Shown in pieces: positions 1-13,716 of a stretch of 64,000 nucleotides of DNA. The stretch comes from Lytechinus pictus (taxonomy: Eukaryota). The position numbers and the translations under genes were made by a program. The stretch's first letter is position 1; each line of letters begins with the position of its first letter. The notes under the pieces were generated by a model. It was not told the DNA's origin. It saw only the letters and a list, made by a program, of their open reading frames with translations, and did not search any database. The DNA is taken from positions 44,766,001 through 44,830,000 of the forward strand of contig NC_087251.1 in assembly GCF_037042905.1 (NCBI RefSeq), read 5' to 3'.

Positions 1-3000
1 GTGCAAAATATCTTCTACTTATGTTATTTCGTTTGTGGTGTACAAATTATGAAGTGGAGAAAAATAAAATGAGGAATGATTTGCCATGAGTTGTTTTTTA
101 TACTAAACATAAGACATATTTTTGTACTTTATTCTGTGGATGTGCTCATTTTCTATTGATATTTGCAAGAAAAAAAAAAGTTGAGTTCTGCAATGGTTTC
201 AGAAAATTTGGATGTCCCATTTGTGTTTTATCAATGTTAAAAAGTTTGGAAAACTTCATTTTGATATTGAGATTTATTTGGGGAATAGTTGTTAGGTGTT
301 TGTCCTGATGAGTGGGCAATGATCCCCCTCCCCACATCCATATCCATGTACCAAGTATCAAGGTTGCTTGAAATTAAATATAAATCCTGTTTAGTTTGTT
401 GCAACTGCTATGGTATGGGCTTGGGTACATGCAATATTCCCTGGTATGGATGGCCCATACAGTATATCCATCTAATTATCAATTGTTCCGTCAGTACCAA
501 GCCCACACTTTGTAAAGACAACGGTCAAGGATTGTCATCGGTTGTGTGGGTGGTTTTGATGGTTTAATGATTAATTGTTCAAAACTTGAATTAATCTTCT
601 TCATCTGATTGTTGCAAAGTCCAATTCCGTGATTAATTGGGTCATAATGAGTTGAAACCGCATGAGATAAGTATCCTTTGGTGTGAATTGCTTGTCATCT
701 TCCGGCTGTTGGTCTCCCTGAAGCACCCAACTCAAGTCATCATACAGAGACCCCCCCCCCCCCCATTCTTCTGCTCTTTTATTAAGGATTTCTTTGAAAT
801 TCAGCATTGGTCTAAGTCTTTTTGTGTGTATGTATATGTGAATGTGGGTTGAAAAAGGTAAGTGGGAAATTAAATCTGTGTTTTGAATGCTTGGATATTG
901 GAAGCATGAAATCCCACTGGTTCATGAGCAATATCCCCCCCCCCCCCCACACGAACCTTTGTTGTTATTTTACTGATCTCATAACACTCAGAGAAAACTT
1001 CACTCATTCTTCCAAAGGATCCCTTATATTCAAATGATCTACCAAGATTTATTACTTGGCTTGAATCCACATTGGTATTATAAAACATGTCTTTTCCTGT
1101 AAAAAACAACAACCTTAAAACTACCATCCTTGTCATTCACTTTATTAGCAGAATTCAGTCATTTTTTATTTCCAACCAGACCAATTATTTATAGAATGAC
1201 TTGCCATATTCATATTAATGTAAGTAATTATGTATGTATTCCCCATGTTCTTAATTTCTTTTTTTTTATAATTATTATTTTGATTCAGGTGTTTTCAAAG
1301 TAGTAATTAAAAAAATGCTTGCATGATATTCACAGGCTACTATAAAACTTGTACTTTGATTTCTTCATGTTGTAGCTCTATGTGATCAGTGATGATCATT
1401 CATAATTATGCACTGTATTTTCTATTCTAGATTTTTTCCAATGTACAATTTGTATAAATTGCTTTGTAAGACATGTTTTGGCATGGCTTTGTGACATGGA
1501 CTGAATTTAATATCAGGTGAAAATAAAGGTATTGATTAATAAAACATGTCATGTTCCATTTCCTATTTCTCTTTACGGACTTGCATTTTTTCATTCAGTA
1601 TTTGAATTTTGATGGTGTGAAACAATTATGATCACGTGTGGTATAGACCAGAGAGTAGGACAATGTGAGAAAGGGAAAGAAAGAAGCAGAGAGGGGAGTG
1701 ACTATTGAAAAAAAAGAAGAGAAGAGAGAGAGAGAGTGATTTCAGATCTCATTTGTTTTGGGTTATCAGTCCTAAAGACCTTTGTTGTGTCACTAAAATC
1801 AATGTTTATATTTGATTACAATATTTATGGACGAGCAATCATTGATAAAAACCCGCCACACTAACCCCTCTTTAAGAATTTGGAATTACGCACATTTTTC
1901 TTTCTTTTGATAGACAATTTAATAATATTTGTATTTGCCTTGGATAGTAAGTTCAAGGAAGTGAAATCAAAATAATTCACATATCGCCTAATACATAGCA
2001 CCATGAATGAACTCCTCTTGCGAAAGACATGTCAACAATGGATAAGTCTTCATCATGCAATTGAATGTCCACGTAAAGGATACATTCTAAACATTATAAG
2101 TGAACTTTGTACTTTTGAGTCGTTCGATAAACTGATGATTATCAAACGAAAGAAGTGATCAGCTGAATCTGAGTTTACAAGTTTTTTGTGGTAATTCCAG
2201 GCGGTGATGACACGTTATCTGGTTTTCCTCGGCTCTCATTTTTTCTATTTCCCATTTCTGTTTTTGGTGGTTGTCTATTACTTTGTTTTATTTCTAAAGA
2301 CGGAGGCGGGAGCGTTGTAATTCGTGATTACATGGAAATGCAATTGCAATGTATAACCACTTGCATGTTTTCCATTTTAGATTTCTATTTATATCTAAGT
2401 AGCTGTTTGTAATGTACGTGTATATAATATTTGCTATCTAAAGGAACTGTTGCTGGCCTAGCGCCATGAGCGTCTCTGGACGGTGTGCGCGCTATATAAA
2501 ATATCACTATTATTATTATGTGAGATTTTTTTTAAAGCAGTAGGCTTAAAAACTATTATTTGAAATTCCTTTACTGAATTAAAAAATATATATTTGCTTT
2601 CTTTTTATCGTGACAGACAGGATCGTGGACTTATAGACTTATTATTATCATATTATTATAGTATAGTAGTAGTATAGTATTTATTCAAACCATATCAAAC
2701 ACAAACAGTGGTACAAAGCACATCATAGAACTCAGAATTATAGGTTTGGGACCTCAGTGAAGCACAGCTTGTTGACGGGGCCCCTTTACATAGTGGTATA
2801 TAACAAAATTAGCATATTTACATTGAGTATAAACTTAATTAAGAACAAATGATTAACAGTATGATAAAAGGGGTAGGTTATAAAATGGCGATGTTTCTGC
2901 TTGCCCAAGGTAACAGCCTAAATGAAGCAGGGCCAGGACATTCCCCGGAGGATCCTACAACCTCGTTCATTAAAATCGGTCCAAATTTGTGAATTCATCA

Positions 3001-3646
3001 AAAATGCTCAGGAAAAGACACCGCATCAAATGTACAGGAGCCCTAAGGAAACCGAAACACCACCCTTTTTTACCCCTGTATAGACAACCTCTAATAATAA
3101 ATGCACACATGTAACACCCCCCCCCCCCTTATACACAGGCGTACTAACGCACACACTCTTTTTTTTCAACATGTTTTTATTAAGGATTTCATTCAAATGA
3201 ATTACATAAACTCCAGATAAATACAAAAACACACACCCTCTCACACACTTTTTTTAATACTGTTTTTATTCTGATTTCATGAACAAATAGTTACATAACA
3301 TTTCAATTTAACATTTCAAATCACATAGAATACTTTACAGTTCATATTTTCACCTTTTTTTCACTAACTTATTATAATCATGAATCATATATATCTTAAC
3401 AGAAAACAATGAAATCAGTTATTATAAAAATGCTTAAACACCATCTTCCCCCTCCCTCCCCCCCCGCCCCAACACACACACACACGCACACACACACCAC
3501 TGTCCAGAAGATCTGCTCACACTCATCATAAATAGATCATATTTACATGTACAAAACAATTCGATGAACAATTTTGAATATAACAAGCTCACGGGAGAAG
3601 CATTACATATATTGAAAGTAAATAAAGACTTGCAAACTTAACCTTG

Positions 3647-5706
3647 TCATAATTTTACTGTTTCCCATTTTTGCAAGTGCCGCCCTAATTTCCCCATTTT
3701 AATAGCTATTTTCTTCTCTTGATCCTTATATTCTAAAATACGTTTATGTATATCGTCAATGGTTGGTAATACCCCCTCCTTTCTAAATATAAATAATATA
3801 TATTTTACCATAAAGATAATAGTATTACAACTTTTTATTCTATTTGTATTGCCTGACAGACCAACAAATATATCCCGCCAATTCAAGTCCTTTATTTCAT
3901 CTAATTCAAATTGCTCTATCAAAGTTTCCCATATCAGTTTAACCTTTAAGCAAGACAAAAATATATGTGAATATGTTTCCGTTTCCCGTTTACAGTACGA
4001 ACAGAGATTATCTTCAACAAATCCAAATCTAAACAAATTAACTTTAGTGTAAATTGCCCCATGCAGTAGCTTAAATTGAAATTCTCTCTGTCTCCCAATC
4101 AATAATGTTATTCTTGGTCTAAAATAGCATTCACCAATTTCTTTCTCTGTATAATTATAATTATTTTGTCCATCTCTTATCTGTAAATCATATGACTTTT
4201 GCAATTCTTTAATAAGATAATCATATATTTTTCTTGATGGTACCTCCTTAAAGCTAATTTCCCTCCCCAACAGAAGCAAGTTTATATTATAGTTAATTAA
4301 GTCTATCTCACAAAATTGTATCGAACCTAAATCATTTCTCCAGTCACTTGGAATTGCATGATATATTTCACCTATTGTAAACAAATGATCACTTCCCATA
4401 CCAAGGTTAAAAAAGTACGCCACTGGTTTAACATGTCCATTGTCAATGATATGTTTCACCTTAATTAACCCTCATTCTAATAAATCTTTATCAAATATCG
4501 TCTTATTTTCTATACAAATATTCTTATTATTGAAAATGATTGGATTTTTAGAACCATTAAAATGTCTTAAATTATCGATCTCTTGCAAAGCATCTAGCAT
4601 TTCCAAATAATACGATGGAATCTTCAACTTACTTTTTATCTTTTTCATTTCATAATAACATAGAAAAATTAACTTTCCTCCAACTGAACTGAAAAAAATA
4701 GCTTCCACCCCAAATTTCTTTCTCCATACAAAAGTCTTTTTACCCACATTATACGCTGCGTTCTAACAAATATTTCAAAATTTATAATTTTAACCCCACC
4801 ACAATTATAATTCTGATACATAATTTTTCTTTTAATACGATCTTTCCCTCCCCATATAAAATCAAATGATAATTTCTCGATTTCTATATACACCCATGAG
4901 GGGACAACAAGGATGGATGAAACATAATTTAACTTTGTCAATGCATATGTTTTCAATAAATGTATTCTTCCCATAATAGTCAAATCTCGTTGTTTCCACC
5001 AACCTAAAAGCTTTTTTTATTTTACTTAATATTTCTTTATAGTTCAGATCATCTTTTAATCTAAAATCAACTGAAAAGATAACTCCTAAAATGTTGAACT
5101 CCCTAACATATTTACCAAATACATATACAGGGTCATTTGTTTTTCCATTTTCCTTACCCATGTACATAAAGTGTGTCTTGTCCTTATTTACCTTTAAGCC
5201 ACTGACTTTTTCAAATTATTCAAAATTATAATGCAACCTTTTTATTGAATCCATGTCTTTCAAAAAAATTGTCATATCATCGGCATACAATACCTGTCTT
5301 ATTTCATACTCCCCAAAACTTATCCCTTTAATGATTTTGTCTTTTCTTATTTCATGTGCCAGTAATTCTATTGCAATAAAAAACAAATAGGGCGACAGTG
5401 GGTCACCTTGTCTGACCCCCCCTTTCTACATTAAAGTAACCGCTGGAATACCCTCCATTCATAACACAACTACTTATATCCTTGTATATATTTTCACCCA
5501 AGAACAGAATGACTCCCCAAAACCAAAAAAAATGAGTGCTTTCAATAAGTATTGATGAGAAACAGAGTCAAAAGCTTTTTCAAAATCTACCGCAATAAAA
5601 AATCCTTGTCCTTGCTCCAAGTAATGTTTAGAGTAAAATAATATATCCTCTATTAGTCGAACTGCTTCCCCAATATTTCTGTCTTTTATGTATCCCACCT
5701 GATCAT
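3647..5706 (-). mobile_element. 5'-truncated, frameshifted non-LTR retrotransposon ORF2 (L1/Tx1-like reverse transcriptase plus C-terminal Cys/His region)
   Basis: Successive minus-strand ORF pieces give RT motifs DQVGYIKDRNIGEAVRLI, AVDFEKAFDSVSH, RQGDPLSPYLF and QVLYADDMTIF (~5270-5300), then GRIHLLKTYALTKLNY, FIWGGKDRIKR and FQFKLLHGAIYT..CSYC..ETYSHIFLSC. Several frameshifts. The 5' end abuts an (ATT)n/(CA)n microsatellite. Confidence 0.9.
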
Positions 5707-5736
5707 AATGAATTATTATTATTACACACACACACC

Positions 5737-5775
<39 letters not shown>

Positions 5776-8700
5776 ACACATGGATACCTCACTCATTGCA
5801 ATCTGCTTCATGATTTCTACACTCACACCCGACCGCAATCTATCGAAAAGGTGTTTTTTACACAATATTTTAAATCGAGACAGAGCCAAGCTATTTCTAA
5901 CGTCATGAGGTAACTTATTCCATTCTTTAACACAAACTATTCAAAATGAATTCAAAGCAGTTTGAGTTCTTGCTAATGGCTGATAGAGAAGGTTTCTCTG
6001 ACGAGTATGATACTTATTATCAAGCTCGTTGAATACCGAATCATATACAGTTTATCCGAAAGGTAAACTTCACGGGAATCACGGCCCTGGAATTCATGAG
6101 ATATGATCTCAAAATGGAGATTATGGCCCTCATACGTTTGACGTCACAAATTCAAAGGTTTAAATACCTATATCGTTGTTTATTCTTTGAAAGATTTTTG
6201 TTAAATTATGATTTGTTTGCGTCATTAAATATCAACTTTCACATTAGGGTGTGCTTCCTCTTTAATCATAAGCAAACATGACCCCAGAAGATTGGAAAGG
6301 TTGACTCTAATTTTTAATTCCCACCATATTCCATTCGTATTCAAAGCTCACTCTGTCAAACAAAATAGATTTTCAATATAGTTATGCGTGTACAGAGATT
6401 TTTCTGAATATAATCGGGGAATCGTTTATGAGATTTTCTCTGATATATTAATAGGCCTCTGGGGACCGTTTCACTGTTATCTGACAGGACAGGGCCGTGG
6501 GAACAATTTTAATTTAATGGAGGTCAAATTTATCACGAGAAATTAAAAATGAAAGGGGTTTTCACAACAAATGAAGATAATTTGAGTTATAATTTGTCAA
6601 TTTGTACACATCTTCCAGAATACTTGGGGGTGCTGCATATGGAGAATGACAGCACCCCCAAGGAAATTTTAGGGGGTGCTTCAGCACCACCGCTTCCCAG
6701 GGCCATGGTAAGACCTGAGTCAGCTGACAACTTTGCTCGATCGATTCGTTTGGCTAAGAAATGCCGTTCCTTTTGGAACTTTTTAGAACTTTTAGAAAAA
6801 CGACTTTGTCGGGTAAATAATATCTGACAAGACTTTTTATGAAATGCACCTCAGACTTGTGTGAACTATGTACCCTCTATCAACCTAAACTACTAACCAT
6901 TTTCCTTCCTCATTTTTGAGCGCACTCCACCCCCTCTCCCCCTCCCCCTCTCCCCCCTCCCCCTCTCTCCCCCCTCCCCTCTCCCCCCTCCCCCTCTCCC
7001 CCTCCCCCTCTCTCTCCCCTCTTTCTCATTTGTATTTCTCTCTCCTCCCAGTAGCATAACTGTAGCTCCCCAGAAAAAATATAATCATAAAAATTAATTA
7101 CTTGAATATTTTTTACGATGATGGGCACATTAAAGGGCAAACTTCAATAAATTCAGGATCGCGCAATAAAATCATGATACCTGGCTTTTGAAAATAAAAA
7201 TCTAATTTTTATGATAGAATTTGACTTCGTATTAATAAAATAATGGCATATGTCACCCTTTTCTCTTTTTTTTCTTTTGGCGATGGCACTATAGCTTGGC
7301 TGCCAACATCACTAATCTAAGCCCCTCCCATCTACACGTGCCCTCGATCCCTCCACGTTTCCATCTTCATTCCCTTCTCTTCCTCTCTATAAATCATCAG
7401 TGACATAATTATCTTAGAGAATCAGGTCCCGGAGCAAGTGCGAAAATTGCGTCCCTTCCATTAGTTTTACTGCATACAGGGATACAGACTATCACTGAAA
7501 TCGCGCCCCTTCATATTTTCGCAATATTTTTCATATGATTAACATTCTCTGGGGTTTTTTCATTCCCTTTTTTCCTACATTAAAAAAAAACGTTGCCTTG
7601 TTTGCGCCCCCTGAAAGTAATTGACCCGTGATGCCCCCTATAGAATACATAATATAGGTACTTTTAGTGCCTCCCTTCGATACTCGCCACTCTCTCCCTT
7701 TGCTTGAATCATTTCCTCATATCTTCTCTGTCGTCTCGATCTCCCTCCCTCCTTTGAAGAAAAAGAAATACATTTTCGCTTAACGCTCCCTCCCTTTGCC
7801 TAGCTGTTTGCTCACTTTTTTTCCGTTTCTCATATTTCCCCTTCCCACTCTCTCATTATCCTTTTTAAATAAATCGCCGTAAACTTAAGTAAATTTGCCA
7901 GAAATTCACAATGATGTACGTGCTGTGAGGGCCCAATTTGGTATTTTTATTCAACCTGTTCAAGCGGATCGGGGTCGCCGAAATGAAAAGATTCTAAGGT
8001 CAGGAGAATTAAGAGAATTTGTGAGTGCCTTGTTTCGTATTCAAAGCAAGACTTTCTCTCTTGAATGCGTACCCCTCCCATGACAATAGAAGAGGGGAAG
8101 ACTTGCCCCCCGTGTAGGGAATCTGTTATTGTTTGGACGCCATTGCATTGCATGGGGTGTTTTCACCCATGCAGTTACATCAACCGTTGTAGTACATCGT
8201 GCCAGGTGCCAGCGATAGCTGATTTCGCAACAACTTTCCGTGAGTATAATCCATCTTTATAAACTTACTTTTCAATTCCTTGTATTCACTTATTTTAAAG
8301 AAAAAATCCAAATGAATGATACAGTAGACATGTTCAGAATACACTATATGTTTAGTATATTACCCCGGATTATTAACCCATTTAGGAGGCCTGCATGGCG
8401 GTCCACCTATAGGGGGACAGCTAGGGTACGTGATATGCATGTTAATGAAAATTGTAAAAATAATGCTTCGTGTTTTATTTGTATGTAACCGTCAAACTCG
8501 TCCAAATAAATGTATCAGTCATGTTACCAATGCGCCCTGTAAATATATAATATATCGAAAACGAAATATCTTTCATCGGATGATATATGAAAACTCTGAT
8601 TGATATATTCCCCCCGAATATTTTGCTTCAATAAATACCGGCCTTAGCCTAGCTGAACAAAAATAAAGTGGATGCATGTTTATAACTTAATGTAACATCG

Positions 8701-9865
8701 ATGATATTTTATCCAGGATTTCTGTAATTACTTAATGATTACCAAATTCTCAGGACCACTATACGCTTTTATTATTTTAGACGTACACACAATATCCTGC
8801 TTCTTCTTGATCTCTCGATCTAGCTCATTCTATATTTCTGTCTACGTATCTCTCCCCCCCCCCCCTCTCTCTCTCTCACACAGTACTGCCCTATAACGTT
8901 CCCTATATCCGCTCACCATACCCCCGCCCCCCCTCTCTCTCTCTCTTCCCCCCCCCCCCCTCTCTCTCTCTCCCCCGGCCCCGGGCCTCTCTCCCTCTCT
9001 CTATTTATTTTACCCTCTTTCATTCATGGTAGGCCCACTATTAACCATTTCTGGTCAAGGGTAAACAAACAAAAAAGTTGTATGAAATCCTAATAGTTTG
9101 CCAGATTTGAATAGAAAACCTCCGGTCTGTTCAATGATGTTACATAACTCTGTTCTCGTATATAGGGACAAAAGACGACGATCAGAGGAAGGCCAGACCT
9201 GTTTATTATTTACACAAAAAGTGGTATGTTTATCATTTATACCAAAACCACCCCATTTAACAAACAGATGGATTTGGAGTTGTGGCATTTCAGAGGGAGA
9301 GATACGTTGTGTTTGCGAGATTTTCCATGAAGTAAGATTGAAGCCCAGTAACATGCACAGTCATGCGAGTTCTACATTATTTCTACTTTTTTCTTTATAA
9401 GGACAAACCGTCTGATGTATTTGAGCAATACTGTGCCCTTTTAAAAATTCTTATGAAGGAAATTTTACAAATGGATATACCCATGCACGTATAGTTATGT
9501 ATAAATGGATGGCACAACCCTCAACGGTAGTTGACGGTCCGCAATGTAATGAGTAAACTATAAATATTCACGAATATTATTGATTAATTTCAATAGAGAC
9601 ATAATCCTTTTGGCATTAATGATAAAGCGCTGTCTTCCATCTTCAGGAAAATGAAGTGGGGGGGGGGTATAGAGGAATATATATATATTTTGCCCCTCTA
9701 ATGTAAATATATAGATTTGAGCAATGATCAACCTGCAATGCTCTTTTTTTTTAAAGGAGATAAATTCCGGCAAGGGCGCCAAAAGCGGAGGGACACGGCT
9801 GATGCCACCCAAAGCCGATAAGATGATGCCCCCCCCCACCGAAACTCACTTCCGGTACACCTGGC

Positions 9866-11931
9866 CAAAGGCGGATCCAGGGGGCCGAGGGGCCCGCCCC
9901 CCCCCCCTTATTGGCGGAGCAAAAAAGAAGAAAAAAAGGAAAGAAAGAAAAAAAGATTAAAAAGGAGGGAAATGAGGAGAGAAAAAAGAAGAGGGGGAAA
10001 ACGAGTGAATAAAATAAGATGAAGGAAAGACTTGGAAAATAAAAATAATCTTTCATGTCACTATATAAAATTTTCGCTCGCGCTTCGCGCTCGCAATGCC
10101 TGATAGGTCATTTTCATATCTTGTTCAATATGGAGTTTAAATATCAAGATTGGAAGTCAATATACAAAACATATTTCACCTCGGAAATCGAACTTTCATT
10201 ATTTTGTGTGATTTACAAATTGATTTTTTTAAAGTACTCTGTTAAAATGTTAGTTTTATGGTCTGAATATTCTGCTCGCGCTGCGCACTCGCAAATTTTG
10301 ATTTATCAGGTACCTATTATTTTCGTGTATTCCGTAAAGTTTTCAAAATATCCCTTTTCAGGTCTGATTGTCAAAACGTATCAGCTAGCGCTGCGCTCGC
10401 ATTTTGATTGGAGAGGTATGTTTCAATATTGATTATACAACAAACTACTTAAAATCCCCATTTATTGACAGTTTATCAAAAAATTTGGCTCGCGATTTGC
10501 GCTCGCATTAATGCTTAAAATATATTAACTGATGCATCCTTATAATTACAAAAGTGCTTGAAATGTCCAGTTTTCAGGCCATAATATCATCAGATTTCGA
10601 GCCCTCATTAGCCATTAATGAGTAAGATATTAATTTAGAAATTAAATTGTCCCTTTTGTTTTATCTCGCGCTTAGTAAGAGGAATAGGAAGATAGTCATT
10701 ATTTTCATATGATGACATGTCCTAAGGATGTCCCGGTCATATATGTAAAAACTCAAAGTAATAATAATGGAACGTATCAGCTCTTTATTAAGTGCGATCC
10801 ATATCCACCTCACAATTTTCCTACAAAATGCTTGACATATAGAGCAGAAATTGACCCTTTTTTTCAGTCGGAATATCAAATAGTTTAAACTATTTAAATC
10901 ATTATCCAGTTTCAGATCACAATATCAAAAAATTTCTGCACGCGCTTTGTGCTTGCATTATCAAGGTATGAAGATCCCTTATTACTCATTCTTTTCATGA
11001 TTTACAAAACATGAATAGAGTGTCCCGTTTTTAGGTCTATATATCTCGATTTTTCCGCTTGCGCTTCGCGCTCACATGAATTGTTTAGTTTTATAGCTAT
11101 CCTGTTCACGATTACAAAAATTGATTAAAATTTTTCCATTCTTTATGTAGAATTGTCAAAATGTTTCAGCTCGCGCTTAGCATTCGCATTATTTGATTGT
11201 TAAAATACGTAGCGTCTTCATGGCTAAGTGCAAGCAGTCTTTAACAGGTACCTTTTCGACCACTTTAATATGTATACATATAAAAATTTTCTGCTCGCAC
11301 TTTGCGCTCGCATTATTAATGTAAGGAAGATCCCCAATTACTCATCCTTTTCATGATTTACAAACATGAATAGAGTGTCTCGTTCAGTAGTTCTAAATCT
11401 CGAAATTTTCCGCTCGCATCAATTGTTTATACCTATTCTGTTTAAGTTACAAAAGTGCTGAGAATTTCCATTTTGTAGGTAAAAATGTCAAAAAATTTCA
11501 GCTCGCGCTTCGCGCTCGCATTATTTTAATTTTAAAGTATTTAACGTCTTCATGGCTAACTCCAAGCAGTCTTTAACAGGTACCTTTTTTATCGGTTCAT
11601 TTCTGCTCGCGCTTCGCGTTCGTAGTAATTATTTAATTGCATACACATCTTTTCAAAATAACAAACATTGCCCAGAATGTTCAAATTTTAGGAAAAAGAC
11701 ATCAAATTTCCCAAAAATATTGAGCTCGCGCTTCGCGCTCGCATTATATAAATAATGATTATATTATATATTTATGTTGATTTATAAGAATAAAACTAAG
11801 AAGTGACTATTAGGACTACCCCCTTCAAAGAAACCAAAAATCATCTTCGAGCGGCCGATCGTGGAAAATATGGCTGAAAAAAAATTCCGGGCAACCCACC
11901 CCCCTATTGGCGAAGGATGGATCCGCCCCCG
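9866..11931. mobile_element. ~2.1-kb non-autonomous DNA transposon (hAT-type 8-bp TSD)
   Basis: TIRs CAAAGGCGGATCCA / TGGATCCGCCCCCG; perfect TSD CACCTGGC at 9858-9865 and 11932-11939; internal subrepeats containing GCGCTTCGCGCTCGCA; no transposase ORF. Confidence 0.85.
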
Positions 11932-12798
11932 CACCTGGCATATGCATTATTTAAAAGAAAATACATACCAATATGTAATACATGTAGGTTACTATTATGT
12001 TTGCTAGTATACTTCAACTGCACTAAAACTGGCCGAAGGGAACCAATGATGTATTCATGAATATCAATTCAATCTCGTGCATGCGATCGCGATATTGATT
12101 ATGGCACTGCATTGTGTTCCCATAGCAACTACAGGGACTGGATGAGACAATGACATCTTGTCTGCATTTACCATCATCAAGTCTTGATGATATCGCAATT
12201 GATATATCGTGTGTGTTGGTATATTCATTTTGAAAGCCAAAAGAGCCTAATTTTGATTGCGTGTTCAACAATTGTGAAGACATAATAATGTGCAGAAAGT
12301 CTGATTATAAAATAATATATGTGCAAACACTGGCTTGGTGAGGTAACGTTAATTGTCATCATTAATTTCGTCTGATTGTCAAAACTACTTTTATTTGATC
12401 ATTACCAACGTACCCTGATCGGTATACGACACCGGATGATCAGCAGATATAGGCATACGTGCATGACGTTTCAATTTGATTTGTCCTATGTTTTCCGTAA
12501 GAGTAAAAGCATTTCCGACTACAGCCAAAATAAGTAAATAAATAAGGGGTAGCGCTACGCCTAGGAGGGGGGGGGGGTGGCATGGAGGCGAGCACCCCTA
12601 TGGTTTTAAATCAGTGAAAAAAGGGATAAAAATGAGGAAGAGAAAGGAAACAAAAATAGAGACCCAATTGAGTGTTGAAGAATTAGGGAATGATGTCAGC
12701 TTGGGGAGAGGGTTAATTGGAGAGATGAAGAGAGATGGTGAGAACTCTTTGACTCTTGGGAGACGAAGGGCAAATCTGTAGCCTCTGGGGCATATAGG

Positions 12799-12832
<34 letters not shown>

Positions 12833-12848
12833 GGTGAGCTTTATTGTA

Positions 12849-12887
12849 TCCCTGAAGAAGACGTGGGATTTACGTCGAAAATTTGGA
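12849..12887 (+). ncRNA. Degenerate minimal hammerhead ribozyme-like motif (Penelope-like element remnant)
   Basis: TCC-CTGAAGA-A-GACGT(GGGATTT)ACGTC-GAAA-ATTT-GGA: catalytic boxes, 5-bp stem II, palindromic AATT stem III, but only a 3-bp stem I. Lies between (TA)n tracts. Confidence 0.5.
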
Positions 12888-12997
12888 CTTGGAAATAAAC
12901 TCTGTTGGAACTAGTACAATGCATTACCTCTTTGCCTCTTTTATCTCATCTATGTCCAACACGCGAAATGTAATATCGTTATATACAGTATATATAA

Positions 12998-13033
<36 letters not shown>

Positions 13034-13063
13034 TAGTAATAGGTCGGAGCGAGTTGCTTAGAT

Positions 13064-13110
13064 TTTAGTTGTACAGACTGTTTCCCCCTGAGGGTTCATC
13101 AGCAACTAAA
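13064..13110 (-). ncRNA. Minimal type-I hammerhead ribozyme (minus-strand copy)
   Basis: Exact reverse complement of the 13453-13499 motif. Confidence 0.7.
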
Positions 13111-13452
13111 TCAAATTTAATGTTGAACTAAAGTACAACCTGTGTCTGTGGGAGAAGTACCACATAATCACGGCCAAGAAAGCAGCAATGATAAACTCAA
13201 GAACAGATCTCATTTCAACTTGTAAACACAAGAAGAAATTTTTACTTTCAGGTTATGGTTAACCATAGAACACCCCCCCCCCCCTTATGTGTCAAACCCA
13301 CTCCACCCCAACATTACCCCAGTTTAAAGAATAGCTATTATCTGTTCACTGTAGTTATTTATCCCCCTTACATTGTGTCTTTTGTTTGTTTGCTTGACTG
13401 CACTAGAGTTATTGTTCTCTTTAACTGTACTTTAGTTAAACATTAAATTTTA

Positions 13453-13499
13453 TTTAGTTGCTGATGAACCCTCAGGGGGAAACAGTCTGTACAACTAAA
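13453..13499 (+). ncRNA. Minimal type-I hammerhead ribozyme
   Basis: Stem I TTTAGTTG/CAACTAAA (8 bp), CTGATGA box, extra A, stem II CCC-TCAG-GGG, GAAA box, quasi-palindromic stem III ACAG-T-CTGT, cleavage triplet GUA (predicted cut after 13491). Confidence 0.72.
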
Positions 13500-13716
13500 A
13501 TCTAAGCAACTCGCTCCACCCTATTACTATACTACATGAAGATCCTATATGTACATGTAGTTGAGCACTTTTCAGTAACTGTAGTTTCGTATAGTCATTA
13601 TATATATATATGTAAACATAGATGAAAACATAATTATCTAACACACTGAATTTTCTTTTGTAAAACAGACTTGAAGTTCTAGAGACGGCTTATTTTATAG
13701 TCAAAATCTCCACAAC

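Larger units (their letters stand above)
13029..13534. mobile_element. ~109-bp inverted repeat pair carrying hammerhead motifs (Penelope-like pLTR fragments or retrozyme relic)
   Basis: 13029-13137 is the near-perfect reverse complement of 13426-13534; begins at a (TA)n tract. Confidence 0.75.

Noticed and set aside
1..1140. Possible degraded LINE relic on the minus strand
   Set aside because: Only faint similarity to the 3' region of the neighbouring LINE; no clear RT motif, so not called.
2132..2160. Other CTGATGA...GAAA occurrences as hammerheads
   Set aside because: No stem II or stem I pairing.
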